From: Candidatus Gottesmanbacteria bacterium RIFCSPHIGHO2_02_FULL_39_11
GTDB taxonomy: Bacteria; Patescibacteriota; Microgenomatia; 2-02-FULL-39-11
Direction: 5' to 3'
Length of the DNA stretch: 64,000 nt
NCBI GenBank assembly: GCA_001779195.1
Contig: MFJL01000041.1
Coordinates: 16,881 to 80,880, forward strand
In this document: positions 48,072-58,112 of the stretch, piece after piece
How the letters are laid out: every line of letters begins with the position of its first letter
How positions within the stretch are numbered: the stretch's first letter is position 1
Made by a program: the position numbers and the translations under genes
The notes under the pieces: generated by a model
What the model saw: the letters and a program-made list of their open reading frames with translations, nothing else
What the model was told of the DNA's origin: nothing
Database searches by the model: none

Positions 48072-49529
48072 ATGGAAAAGGTGGACGTTTCAGAAATCAA
48101 AAGAAAGATATTAAGCGGAGTTTTTGCCCTCACCTCACGAACCCTTATTCTTCAAGTTGTCTCCGTTATATCCCAGACTCTCCTTACAGTCATCCTGACT
48201 CCTGCTGTTTTTGGAACGTATTATATTGCTACAGCATTTACTGACTTTTTTAACTATTTCGCAGACATCGGCCTTGCCGCAGCCCTTATTCAAAAAAAGG
48301 ATGAACCGACTTTAAAAGACCTCAGAACTGTTTTTACCGTTCAGCAGATGCTGATTACCGTTTTGGTTGTTTTAGGTCTTATTTTTTCAGATACAGTAGG
48401 AAATTTTTATCATTTGGATGCGGGAGGAATATTTTTAGTGAGAGCTCTTTTAATCTCATTTTTTCTTTCATCACTTAAAACCATTCCCTCAATTCTTCTG
48501 GAAAGAAGGCTTAATTTTAATCTACTTGTGGTTCCTCAACTTTTTGAAAGTATTGTGTTTAATATTTTAGTTATCCTGTTTGCCCTAAACGGAATGGGAG
48601 TATACAGTTTTGCGTGGGCCGCAATTGCCCGGGGAATTGTCGGAGTTGTTACCATATATATAATCAGTCCCTGGAGTATCGGGTTTGATTTGTCAATAAA
48701 AGAATTAAAAAAGCTTCTTTCATACGGAGTTCCGATTCAAGCAAATTCATTTTTGGCCCTTATTAAAGATAATTTGATGACATTATTCTTAGGAAGGGTA
48801 TTAAATCTCACTCAAGTGGGATACATCGGCTGGGCAAAAAAAACGTCAGAACTCGTTCTGAGGCTCTTTATGGACAATGTTATACGGGTCACCTTCCCGG
48901 CATATTCGCGCCTTCAAGAGCACCTGGAAATTCTGGCAAAAGCAGTTGAGAGGTCATTTTTTTTCCTTGCATTTTTTATTTTTCCTACATCGGCAGCCCT
49001 CATCCTCTTTATGCATCCTCTTATGGAAATTGTTCCCCGGTATTCCAAATGGGAGCCGGCGCTTTTATCCTTTTATCTTTTCAGCTTCGCGAGCCTTTGG
49101 GCAGCATTTTCAACAGCCGCTATTAATGCCCTTAATGCAATCGGAAAAATAAAATGGACACTTATACTTATGGTGTTATGGACGGCAATTACCTGGATAG
49201 GAATTCCAATACTTATTCATCTGGTTGGGTTTAACGGTGCTGCCATAACTGCTGCAATTATTGCAGCAACAGGGATACTTCCCATAATTCTTCTTAAAAG
49301 GAAAATTAATTATGATGCGCTTGGTCCCCTTCTAAAACCGTTAACTGCTACTTTTCTTATGATAGTTCTTATTTCGTTCTTTTTATCCCAGATTCATTCA
49401 GTTATATCATTTGGAACTTTGCTTGTAGTGTTTATTTTAGGGTATGCTTTAATTAGCTTTATCTGGATGAAGAGTGATATTAAACCCTATGTACTTCCTA
49501 TACTAAATAAAATAATTAAAAATAAATAA
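48072..49529 (+). CDS. wzx: polysaccharide/oligosaccharide flippase (MOP superfamily, Wzx-like)
   Basis: 485 aa with 12-14 TM helices. Wzx-like N-terminal block. Confidence 0.7.
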   Translation: MEKVDVSEIKRKILSGVFALTSRTLILQVVSVISQTLLTVILTPAVFGTYYIATAFTDFFNYFADIGLAAALIQKKDEPTLKDLRTVFTVQQMLITVLVVLGLIFSDTVGNFYHLDAGGIFLVRALLISFFLSSLKTIPSILLERRLNFNLLVVPQLFESIVFNILVILFALNGMGVYSFAWAAIARGIVGVVTIYIISPWSIGFDLSIKELKKLLSYGVPIQANSFLALIKDNLMTLFLGRVLNLTQVGYIGWAKKTSELVLRLFMDNVIRVTFPAYSRLQEHLEILAKAVERSFFFLAFFIFPTSAALILFMHPLMEIVPRYSKWEPALLSFYLFSFASLWAAFSTAAINALNAIGKIKWTLILMVLWTAITWIGIPILIHLVGFNGAAITAAIIAATGILPIILLKRKINYDALGPLLKPLTATFLMIVLISFFLSQIHSVISFGTLLVVFILGYALISFIWMKSDIKPYVLPILNKIIKNK

Positions 49530-49533
49530 TTTT

Positions 49534-50433
49534 ATGATCTCAGCGGTTATAAACACATACAACGAAGAGAAAAATATCAAAAAATGCCTTTCTTCCTTAT
49601 TGTGGGCGGATGAGATTATTGTTGTTGACATGGGATCAACTGATAAAACAAGGGAAATTGCAGAAGAGTTCGGAGCAAAGGTTTACGAACATAACTATGT
49701 AGGATTTGTAGAGCCTGCACGGAATTTCGGTATTGAAAAAGCTCACGGAGAATGGGTATTTATTTTAGACGCCGATGAAAGAGTTTCTCAAATTCTTTCT
49801 AAACTCCTTTTGGAAAAAAGCAGGCAAAAAGATATAAATTATTTTCGGGTGGCGAGGAAAAACATCATTTTTGACAAGTGGATAAAACATGCCGGTTGGT
49901 GGCCGGACTATCAAATCAGGTTTTTCAGAAAAGGAAGTGTGAGTTGGGTTGAGAAAATTCACGGTATTCCCTTTACGGTAGGAAACGGATTTGATATGGA
50001 GGCAAGTGAAGATCTCTCCATTATTCATAATAATTATCAAAGCATCACTCAGTATCTTACCCGGATGGATAGATACACTTCCATAATGGCAAAAGAATTG
50101 TCAGATTCCGGTTATTACTTCTCAGTATCAGATGTTTTCGGCAAACCCGTTTCCGAATTTTTAAACCGCTTTTTTGCCCAGGAGGGATACAAAGATGGGC
50201 TTCACGGGCTCTCTCTTTCTCTTTTGCAAGCTTTCTCAGAGCTTATTGTTTATCTTAAAGTCTGGGAAAGTATCGGATTTAAGCCGCATACATTTTCAAT
50301 TGATGATTTAGGCAGAAAAGGCAGGTCAATTGCTGAAAGCATGAATTACTGGCTCATTAATGAACAGCTCAAAAAAGATCCCTCATATCCCCGTAAATTT
50401 ATCATAAAACTTAAAAATAAACTTAGAATATGA
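49534..50433 (+). CDS. GT2 family glycosyltransferase
   Basis: MISAVINTYNEEKNI, VVDMGSTDKT, ILDADERV. Confidence 0.75.
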   Translation: MISAVINTYNEEKNIKKCLSSLLWADEIIVVDMGSTDKTREIAEEFGAKVYEHNYVGFVEPARNFGIEKAHGEWVFILDADERVSQILSKLLLEKSRQKDINYFRVARKNIIFDKWIKHAGWWPDYQIRFFRKGSVSWVEKIHGIPFTVGNGFDMEASEDLSIIHNNYQSITQYLTRMDRYTSIMAKELSDSGYYFSVSDVFGKPVSEFLNRFFAQEGYKDGLHGLSLSLLQAFSELIVYLKVWESIGFKPHTFSIDDLGRKGRSIAESMNYWLINEQLKKDPSYPRKFIIKLKNKLRI

Positions 50434-51335
50434 ACAGAATTGCACTTATCATTCCTCATTACGCCAATGTGTCAGACACGTATGAGTGTCTGGAATCGCT
50501 TAAAAAGCAAAGTATATATTCTCAATTTAAAATATATCTGACTTTTATATCGGAAGAAGAATTTGAAAGTGATAATTTTATAAAACAGAATCCTCATGTA
50601 GTTCCCGTAAAGCTTTCCTCAAATTTAGGATTTGCCGGCTCCTGTAATGTTGGCCTTAAAAAAGCTCTTGAGGGAAACTCGGATATTTTTATTACGTTAA
50701 ACAACGATATTATTCTTGATAAATACTGTATTGACAGTCTTGTCATGCATGCCGCTTCACTTTCAAACGGAGCGATAATATCTCCCAAAATTTATTTTTA
50801 TACAGGCCAGGAATATCATAAGGACAGGTACCAAGAGAAAGATTTGGGAAAGGTGATTTGGTATGCAGGAGGAAAACTGGATGTTAAAAACGTATACGCA
50901 TCCCACCGCGGAGTTGATGAGCCTGATTGCGGCCAATTTGATATTCCCGAGGAAACTGATTTTGCAACCGGCTGCTGTATGGTAATTACAAAAAAAGTCA
51001 TCGAAACGGTGGGTTTTTTTGATGAGAAATATTTTTTATATTACGAAGATGTAGATTACTCTATGCGCTGTAAAGATAGAGATTTAGGAGTGCTATACTA
51101 TCCTAAAGCACGTCTCTGGCACAAAAACGCAAGCGCAAGCGGAAAGCCGGGGTCGGCACTTCATGAATATTACCTTACCCGAAACCGGCTTTATTTTGGA
51201 AACAAATATGCTCCCACACGGACAAAACTGGCATTATTCCGGGAAAGCGTTCAGATGCTCGCGAGTGCTGGTGTAAAAGCAAAGGCTGTGAAAGATTATT
51301 ACTTCGGATATATGGGGAAAAGGGAAATCATATGA
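50430..51335 (+). CDS. GT2 family glycosyltransferase (rhamnosyltransferase-like)
   Basis: IIPHYANVSDT, GFAGSCNVGL, YYEDVDYSMR. Confidence 0.7.
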   Translation: MNRIALIIPHYANVSDTYECLESLKKQSIYSQFKIYLTFISEEEFESDNFIKQNPHVVPVKLSSNLGFAGSCNVGLKKALEGNSDIFITLNNDIILDKYCIDSLVMHAASLSNGAIISPKIYFYTGQEYHKDRYQEKDLGKVIWYAGGKLDVKNVYASHRGVDEPDCGQFDIPEETDFATGCCMVITKKVIETVGFFDEKYFLYYEDVDYSMRCKDRDLGVLYYPKARLWHKNASASGKPGSALHEYYLTRNRLYFGNKYAPTRTKLALFRESVQMLASAGVKAKAVKDYYFGYMGKREII

Positions 51336-52111
51336 AAAAAAATCTAAGCGCAGTTATTATTACGAGAAATGATAGCGATGATTTAGAAGACTGCATAAAA
51401 GAGTTATCCTTCGCCGATGAAATAATTGTTATTGACAATAACTCAACCGATGATACGGCAAAAATAGCCAAATCGTTAAAAGCTATGGTTTACAATGTTG
51501 GAGGACTTGATTTTTCGTATTTGCGAAATATCGGAAAAGAAAAATCGGAAGGGGAGTGGATTTTATATATTGATACGGATGAAAGGATCACAAAAGAGCT
51601 GAAAAATGAAATTGTATCATTCCTTAAAAAACCTGGCGATTATATGGCAGGGCTTTTTATCAGGAAAAATTTCTTTTTCGGAAGTCCCTGGAATCATTCG
51701 GACCGGATGACCAGACTCATGAAAAAAGAAGCCCTTATCGGATGGCACGGGCAGCTTCATGAAACTCCTCATGTAAGGGGCAATGTCTATACATTTAAAA
51801 ATCCGCTCTTACACTATACTCATGATAATTTAACCCAAATGGTTAGTAAGACAAATGAGTGGTCTGAAATTGAAGCACAACTTAGGTATCAGAATAATCA
51901 TCCTCATATCGTCGGGTGGCGCTTAATACGAGTTATGATTACGGCATTCTTTCAATCCTATATTCGGGAGGGAGGATGGAAGTGCAAAACGGTGGGGGTG
52001 GTAGAAAGTATTTATCAATCTTTTAGTATGTTTATTACTTATGCAAAATTATGGGAAAAACAAAATCGCGCGCTGATTGAAGAAAAAGACTATGATAAGC
52101 CGAACTCCTAA
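51332..52111 (+). CDS. GT2 family glycosyltransferase
   Basis: LSAVIITRNDSDDL, VIDNNSTDDT, YIDTDERI. Confidence 0.7.
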   Translation: MKKNLSAVIITRNDSDDLEDCIKELSFADEIIVIDNNSTDDTAKIAKSLKAMVYNVGGLDFSYLRNIGKEKSEGEWILYIDTDERITKELKNEIVSFLKKPGDYMAGLFIRKNFFFGSPWNHSDRMTRLMKKEALIGWHGQLHETPHVRGNVYTFKNPLLHYTHDNLTQMVSKTNEWSEIEAQLRYQNNHPHIVGWRLIRVMITAFFQSYIREGGWKCKTVGVVESIYQSFSMFITYAKLWEKQNRALIEEKDYDKPNS

Positions 52112-53177
52112 ACCTCTTAAAATCGGCATGTACAGTCCCTATCTTTCTATTTTAGGAGGTGGGGAACGTTACTTTCTCTCAATTGCTGAAATTTTATCCC
52201 AAAAAGAGAACGTCACCATTTTTTTTGATAAAAGTATTTCCCCGAAAGTTAAAGACACCCTCGGAATTAATCTGGACAAAGTATCTTTTGAATCAGAGAA
52301 AAAAATTTCTTCATCTTCTGCGATATCAAAATTTAAGCTTCTGTTAAAAATGGACGCATTTTTCTACATGACGGATGGGAGCGTTTTTTTGCCCGGTGCC
52401 AAACGGAATTTTCTTATTATCCAGTCTCCTGGTCATATGCCGGGGATTACCATTTCCCAAACGATTAAAACAGCCGGATGGAAAGTGTTGTGCTACTCGC
52501 AATTTATGAAAAGTATTCTTGAGAATCGTCTTAAAAAACCGGCAACCATACTCTCTCCGGGAATTGATACTCTGGTGTATCACACGACTACGAAAACGAA
52601 ACAGCCGATTATTCTCACAGTCGGCAGATTTTTTTCCTACCCCCATGACAAAAAACAAAAAATACTCATAGAAACTTTTAAAGAACACTCTCTTACTCTT
52701 TTTAAAGGATGGAGACTTATAGTTGCCGGAGGACTTACGGAAAAAAGCGGTGAGAAGGTTTTGGAAGATCTACAAGAATGTGCCTCCGGGTATCCCATCG
52801 ATTTTAAAGTAAATGTATCTTTTCTGGAGCTAATCAAAATTTATAAAAAGTCAACCATTTATTGGCATGCAGCCGGGTACGGAGAGGATCTGTACAGCCA
52901 TCCGGAGAGGGCAGAGCATTTTGGAATTACAACGCTTGAGGCGATGGCGGCAGGATGTGTGCCGGTTGTATATGACGGGGGTGGACAGAGGGATATCGTA
53001 GAAAATGGGGTAAACGGGTATCTCTGGCGAGAACCTCTTGATCTTGTCAAACACACGATGCATATTTTAGACCATGAGGAAACGTATCTAAGTCTTGTGG
53101 GAAACGCGTTTAAAAAAGCAGAAGAATATTCACAGCCGAATTTTTATGAAAAAGTTGTCAAGCTTCTTCACAGATAG
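52077..53177 (+). CDS. GT4 family glycosyltransferase. Start may be 52092 or 52128.
   Basis: EHFGITTLEAMAAGCVPVVYDGGGQRDIVENGVNGYLW. Confidence 0.75.
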   Translation: MKKKTMISRTPKPLKIGMYSPYLSILGGGERYFLSIAEILSQKENVTIFFDKSISPKVKDTLGINLDKVSFESEKKISSSSAISKFKLLLKMDAFFYMTDGSVFLPGAKRNFLIIQSPGHMPGITISQTIKTAGWKVLCYSQFMKSILENRLKKPATILSPGIDTLVYHTTTKTKQPIILTVGRFFSYPHDKKQKILIETFKEHSLTLFKGWRLIVAGGLTEKSGEKVLEDLQECASGYPIDFKVNVSFLELIKIYKKSTIYWHAAGYGEDLYSHPERAEHFGITTLEAMAAGCVPVVYDGGGQRDIVENGVNGYLWREPLDLVKHTMHILDHEETYLSLVGNAFKKAEEYSQPNFYEKVVKLLHR

Positions 53178-55389
53178 AAAGATATTTTTGTTTTTGGTGG
53201 GTTTAGGAGGAATATTTTTTTATCCATTTTTTATTTTCGGAAAAATTCCCATTCCCTCAGATGCCTTGGTGGGATTATATTATCCCTTCCGGGATACTCT
53301 AAATACCCGGTACCCGAACGGTTATCCGTATAAAAATCCGCTAATTACTGATCCTGTCCGTCAACAATATGTCTGGAGGGAGCTCTCAGTTGATGCGTTT
53401 AGAAAGGGGAAACTTCCCCTGTGGAATCCCTATTCATTCGCAGGTACTCCGCTTCTTGCCAATTTTCAGTCTGCTTCTTTTTATCCCTTAAATATATTAT
53501 TTTTTATTTTTTCATTTCCTTTTGCCTGGGGAATTCTAGTTTCCCTTCAGCCAACCCTCTCATTGATTTTTATGTATTTTTATCTTCGGGAGTTAAAAAT
53601 TACAAAAGCAGCATCCGTTGTCGGGAGTCTGGCTTTTTCATTTTCAGGCTTTTCCATTTCATGGCTTACGTGGAACACCGTGGGCCATACCGTTCTTTGG
53701 CTTCCCCTTATACTTCTCTCTGGTGAAAAAATTATTAAAAACACTTCCCTGAAATGGTCTCTTGTTCTTCTTTTTTCTCTGTGCTCATCTTTTTTTGCCG
53801 GTCATCTGCAGACGTTTTTCTATATAGGAGTTTTTTCACTGATTTACTTTGTTGCTAAATTAATTAATGGTATTCGTCATCCTGGATTTATTTACCCGGA
53901 AAATCCTTATGACGTACGGAAAAAATTAATAGTCTTTTTTATTTTTGTAATTCTTTTCACTGCCATCACCTCCGTCCAATGGATTCCGACTCTTGGTTTT
54001 ATTTCACAAAGTGCCAGAAATGCAGATCAGGCTAACTGGCAGAAGGAAGGATGGTTTGTGCCTCCTCAAAATCTGTTGCAGTTTTTTGCTCCTGATTTTT
54101 TCGGAAACCCAGCAACCGGTAATTATTACGGAGTCTGGAATTACGGTGAATTTATCGGATATATAGGAATGATTCCACTATTCTTTGCCCTGTATGCTGC
54201 TCTGAAATTAAAAGATAAAAAATCTATTTTCTTTGTATCCATTATTATGGTATCCATTGTTTTAATCACCGATAATCCTGTTTCTGAAATTCCTTACCGG
54301 TTAAATATCCCATATATTGGGACAAGTCAGCCCACACGGCTTATGTCTCTTATTGATTTTTCCCTCGCTGTTCTTGCCTCTTTAGGAGTAGACCAGCTCA
54401 GGAGCAACACAAAGCAGAAAAGATCTGTCTTATTCTCAATTGCAATAATACTAATGCTATTAGGAATTTGGACATTTTCCAGAAATCCGGTTGCCCGGAA
54501 TAATTTATATCTCTCCATTTTCCTGGGGCTTATTATCATTCTTACCACACAGGCATATCGTATACGGCCCTCCAAAATAGTATTGCCCGTATATTTACTG
54601 GTTACCGTTTTTGATCTTTTTCGTTTTGGGTGGAAGTTTACACCATTCACAAGTACCGATCTTTTGTATCCTCAAAGTTCCCTATTAAGTTATTTAGAGG
54701 ATAACTCACACAATTACCGGGTTATGGCAAATGACAGAAGGATTTTGCCTCCCAATGTATCCTCCCATTACAAAATTCAGGATGTTTCAGGATATGATCC
54801 TCTGTATTTACTCTCATACAATAAGTTTGTTTCTTCCTGGAACAGCAACAGCCTGAATTTGAAGCCAAGCGCATTTAACCGGATCGTAACTCCTCAAAAT
54901 TACGAGTCGCCCGTAAGCGATCTTTTAGGCATTAAATATCTTCTCAGTCTTACACCGGTTCAGTCTTTAAAATGGGAGTATGTTATGAGGGACGGGGAGA
55001 CATATCTTTATCAAAATAAAGATGTATTGCCCCGGGCGTATTTGGCACAAACCGTTTTCCAAAAAGAGACGGATCAGGATGTAATGAGAGAAGTTTTAAA
55101 TAATAAAAATTCAGATTCTGCTTTCTCAACCGAAAATATTACACTCGGGTCAAAATCTCTTACACCCAGTGAGTCAGCAGTAATTGAAAATTATGAAGAA
55201 AACGATATTCGTATTAAAGTTATATCAGGTGATACGCGAATGTTGGTATTAACTGATCCCTACTACAAAACGTGGAAAGCTTTCGTAGATGAAAAAGAAA
55301 CACAAATATTCAAAGTAAACTTTTTATTCAGAGGCGTTGTAATTCCATCAGGTGAACATATAATAGAATTTAAAAATTATTTGTTCTAG
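53149..55389 (+). CDS. YfhO-family GT-C membrane protein
   Basis: About 745 aa. N-terminal polytopic domain plus a large C-terminal extracytoplasmic domain, the YfhO architecture. The track start 53095 overlaps the preceding gene, so 53149 ATG is preferred. Confidence 0.55.
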   Translation, partial: KKLSSFFTDRKIFLFLVGLGGIFFYPFFIFGKIPIPSDALVGLYYPFRDTLNTRYPNGYPYKNPLITDPVRQQYVWRELSVDAFRKGKLPLWNPYSFAGTPLLANFQSASFYPLNILFFIFSFPFAWGILVSLQPTLSLIFMYFYLRELKITKAASVVGSLAFSFSGFSISWLTWNTVGHTVLWLPLILLSGEKIIKNTSLKWSLVLLFSLCSSFFAGHLQTFFYIGVFSLIYFVAKLINGIRHPGFIYPENPYDVRKKLIVFFIFVILFTAITSVQWIPTLGFISQSARNADQANWQKEGWFVPPQNLLQFFAPDFFGNPATGNYYGVWNYGEFIGYIGMIPLFFALYAALKLKDKKSIFFVSIIMVSIVLITDNPVSEIPYRLNIPYIGTSQPTRLMSLIDFSLAVLASLGVDQLRSNTKQKRSVLFSIAIILMLLGIWTFSRNPVARNNLYLSIFLGLIIILTTQAYRIRPSKIVLPVYLLVTVFDLFRFGWKFTPFTSTDLLYPQSSLLSYLEDNSHNYRVMANDRRILPPNVSSHYKIQDVSGYDPLYLLSYNKFVSSWNSNSLNLKPSAFNRIVTPQNYESPVSDLLGIKYLLSLTPVQSLKWEYVMRDGETYLYQNKDVLPRAYLAQTVFQKETDQDVMREVLNNKNSDSAFSTENITLGSKSLTPSESAVIENYEENDIRIKVISGDTRMLVLTDPYYKTWKAFVDEKETQIFKVNFLFRGVVIPSGEHIIEFKNYLF

Positions 55390-55423
55390 TTTTTTTGTTA
55401 TCTGTCAAATATTATTTGTTCAT

Positions 55424-56440
55424 ATGGATCTAAGTATCATTATCCCCAACTTTAACGGAAAAAAACTTTTAGAAAATAATCTTCCGAAAGTTTTAGAAGC
55501 AGGAAAAGATTGTGAAATAATTATTGTTGATGATGCATCAACAGATGGAAGCGTAGAATTTCTCAAAAAAGAATTTCCTCAAATAAAAGTTTTACAAACA
55601 TCTTATCATCCTGAACTTGTTTACTCGGAAAATTCGTTAGAATTGTTCCGAGATTCAGGATCTTCTTCAAACAAGGGCTTTTCTGCCTCCGTTAATCTTG
55701 GCGTTAGCCATGCCAAGTCTGACTTTGTTTTTCTCCTAAACAGTGACTGCTATCCTGAAAAAGGGAGTATTGAGAAAGTGATAAAGTTATTTGAAGATCG
55801 CAATTTATTTGCTGTGGGATTTGCACAGAAAAATTTAGAAGATGGAAAAACAGTCATTCGGGGAAGGGCCTTAGGGAAATTTGAAAAAGGATTTTTTGTT
55901 CATTCATACGGAAGTCCTGATAAAACAACCACTCAATGGGTGGGAGGTGGGGCGGGAGTTTTCAAAAAATCACTATGGGATCGTTTAGGAGGAATGGATG
56001 AAATTTATAATCCTTTTTATTGGGAGGATATAGATCTCTCATACCGTGCGTTAAAATCAGGGTATTCCATCCGGTTTGTTCCGGATGCATATGTTGTCCA
56101 CGAGCAAAGTAAAGGAACCATACGCAGCCATTATTCAGATTCCTATATTAAGTCCATTTCTTATAGAAATCAGATCTTATTTGTGTGGCTGAATATATCA
56201 GATCCCTACCTTTTATTAAGTCATTTCTTTTATTATCCCTATGAAGTCATTAAATCCTGGGTTAGGTTAGTGTGGTATGTCGTAAGTCGTAGGAAGAACA
56301 AAATCAGATCTTCTTCAGATCTTTCTTTTATAAAAGCTGATATCGCCTCAGAACTGAAATTCTTTTTGGCACTCGGAAAAAGATTTCAAAGAAAAAAAAT
56401 GTGGAAGAAAAAAGATAAAGAATGTTTTGTGAAGAACTAG
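55424..56440 (+). CDS. GT2 family glycosyltransferase
   Basis: LSIIIPNFNGKKLL, VDDASTDGS, YWEDIDLSYR. Confidence 0.75.
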   Translation: MDLSIIIPNFNGKKLLENNLPKVLEAGKDCEIIIVDDASTDGSVEFLKKEFPQIKVLQTSYHPELVYSENSLELFRDSGSSSNKGFSASVNLGVSHAKSDFVFLLNSDCYPEKGSIEKVIKLFEDRNLFAVGFAQKNLEDGKTVIRGRALGKFEKGFFVHSYGSPDKTTTQWVGGGAGVFKKSLWDRLGGMDEIYNPFYWEDIDLSYRALKSGYSIRFVPDAYVVHEQSKGTIRSHYSDSYIKSISYRNQILFVWLNISDPYLLLSHFFYYPYEVIKSWVRLVWYVVSRRKNKIRSSSDLSFIKADIASELKFFLALGKRFQRKKMWKKKDKECFVKN

Positions 56441-56846
56441 AAGTCATCCCAAAACCTCTTTTGCGAACTCGAGCGGGATTGCTTCGCTACGCTCGCAATG
56501 GCGGGTATTGAGATGAGTTCTAGATCAAATTTATTATCTAAGGAATTTGTACACAACTCAGAGGGGATATCAGAAATAGTATATCCATAGCTGTGGTCAT
56601 TTTCTACGCGAACTTATACCTCTGGAATAAAATTCCACTCTGTCATACTGTTATATCAGTGTTGTTCCCGCGCAGGCCTGCCTGCGCAGACAGGCGGGAA
56701 TCCATCGTTAAATTTTGTTACCCTATTTTATTTTTGTCATCCTGAGGTCTCCCGAAGGATCCCGTCCGATACCAGAAGCCTTTAAAAGAAATAGTTAGGA
56801 AATATAAAATCTCTTGTATACACTAAATATCTGATATACTCAAATT
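56441..56846. repeat. repeat-rich spacer holding at least three palindromic elements of the GTCATCC family. It separates the glycan cluster from the defense island.
   Basis: At 56441: AAGTCATCCC...CTCGAGCGGGATTGCTTCGCTACGCTCGCAATGGCGGG. At 56665-56703: TTCCCGCGCAGGCCTGCCTGCGCAGACAGGCGGGAATCC. At 56733-56768: TTTGTCATCCTGAGGTCTCCCGAAGGATCCCGTCCG. All GC-rich compared with the surrounding sequence. Confidence 0.55.
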
Positions 56847-57284
56847 ATGACTCAGCTTTTCACCACCGGTTATCAAGGGGAAACCATACATGAATTTATT
56901 CAAAAAATCACTACAAAAAATATAGAAGCAATTATTGATATCAGAGAAAATCCCACAAGCAGAAAACCAGGGTTTAGTAAAAACGCGCTTCAGAGACGAC
57001 TTGATTCTGTTGGTATAGATTACTATCATTTTCAGGAATTAGGAACCCCAAAACCCCTTCGTAATCTTTTAGCACATAGTCAAAACTATAATCAGTTTTT
57101 TGAAGAATATAAACAATTTTTACCGGAGTTTCAGGATGCTCTTGATGATATTATCGAGATAGGCAGTAATAAAAGAATTTGTCTATTGTGTTTTGAAAAA
57201 GATCCACATTATTGTCATCGAAAAATTGTCGCGAATCTTATCTCTTTCTACACCGGCAGAGATATTTCAGTCGTTCATATATAA
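56847..57284 (+). CDS. DUF488 (YeaO-like) family protein
   Basis: MTQLFTTGYQGETIHEFIQKI ... IDIRENPTSRKPGFSKNAL ... ICLLCFEKDPHYCHR, characteristic of DUF488. Confidence 0.65.
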   Translation: MTQLFTTGYQGETIHEFIQKITTKNIEAIIDIRENPTSRKPGFSKNALQRRLDSVGIDYYHFQELGTPKPLRNLLAHSQNYNQFFEEYKQFLPEFQDALDDIIEIGSNKRICLLCFEKDPHYCHRKIVANLISFYTGRDISVVHI

Positions 57285-57291
57285 TGTCTCC

Positions 57292-58083
57292 ATGGAATGG
57301 AGAGACGAAGAAATATTAATGCTTGTAAAAGTCTATCCCACACCAAGTAAGAAATATGGTGAAACCGTTTGTTCAGCAGGCATAACCCGTCATGGAAAAT
57401 GGATAAGAGTTTATCCTGTTCCATATCGTGATCTTCCTCCCAGTCAACAGTTTGTTAAATTTCAATGGATTAGGGCTAGGATTACACAAGCTAAAGAAAA
57501 ACTTAGCAGACCGGAAAGTCACAAAATAGATCTTAATAGTATAAAGTTATTAGAAAAAATTCCGGCAGGTGATAAATGGGGTGAGAGAGAAAACTATTTC
57601 TTACCTTATGTCAGTAAATCTTTAGAGGTACTTTTTGAAAATCAAAAAATCCACAACGTATCTCTTGGCGCATTTAAACCTAAGAAAGTAAAAGATTTTA
57701 TTATCGAACCCTCTGAAGATGAATGGGACTTAGGTCAAAAGGGAATACTCAGCCAAACAAGTCTCTTTAACGACAGACGTGCGACTTTAGAAAAAACACC
57801 TTACCGTTTTAGATATAAATTTACCTGTAATGACGATCGCTGTGTGGGACATAACATGATAATTCTTGACTGGGAAGTCTTTGAAAGCTACCGGAGATGG
57901 AAAAGAATTTATAAGGATGGGAAATTGACATTGGAAAAACTTAAGGAAAAATGGTTGACCTACTTTTTTCAAAAAAGAGAATCTTATTTTGTTGTCGGTA
58001 CCGAATCTGAGTTCGGAAAATTCATGATTCTTTCCATAATCAGTCCAAAACGCAAAGAGTCACAACTCAGATTTGGTTTTTAG
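57292..58083 (+). CDS. hypothetical protein (264 aa), no recognisable family. Coupled to the DUF488 gene. A TTG alternative at 57193 would overlap the DUF488 gene by 92 nt.
   Basis: ORF begins 8 nt after the DUF488 stop. Hydrophilic. Cys/His cluster CNDDRCVGHNM. Confidence 0.4.
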   Translation: MEWRDEEILMLVKVYPTPSKKYGETVCSAGITRHGKWIRVYPVPYRDLPPSQQFVKFQWIRARITQAKEKLSRPESHKIDLNSIKLLEKIPAGDKWGERENYFLPYVSKSLEVLFENQKIHNVSLGAFKPKKVKDFIIEPSEDEWDLGQKGILSQTSLFNDRRATLEKTPYRFRYKFTCNDDRCVGHNMIILDWEVFESYRRWKRIYKDGKLTLEKLKEKWLTYFFQKRESYFVVGTESEFGKFMILSIISPKRKESQLRFGF

Positions 58084-58112
58084 TAGGGTAAACAACGACA
58101 TAATAGTATCTG

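Noticed and set aside
52159-53063. Multiple 62-114 aa ORFs on both strands within the GT4 gene 52077-53177
   Set aside because: The GT4 frame carries the canonical EX7E C-terminal motif. The others are overlapping alternative frames.
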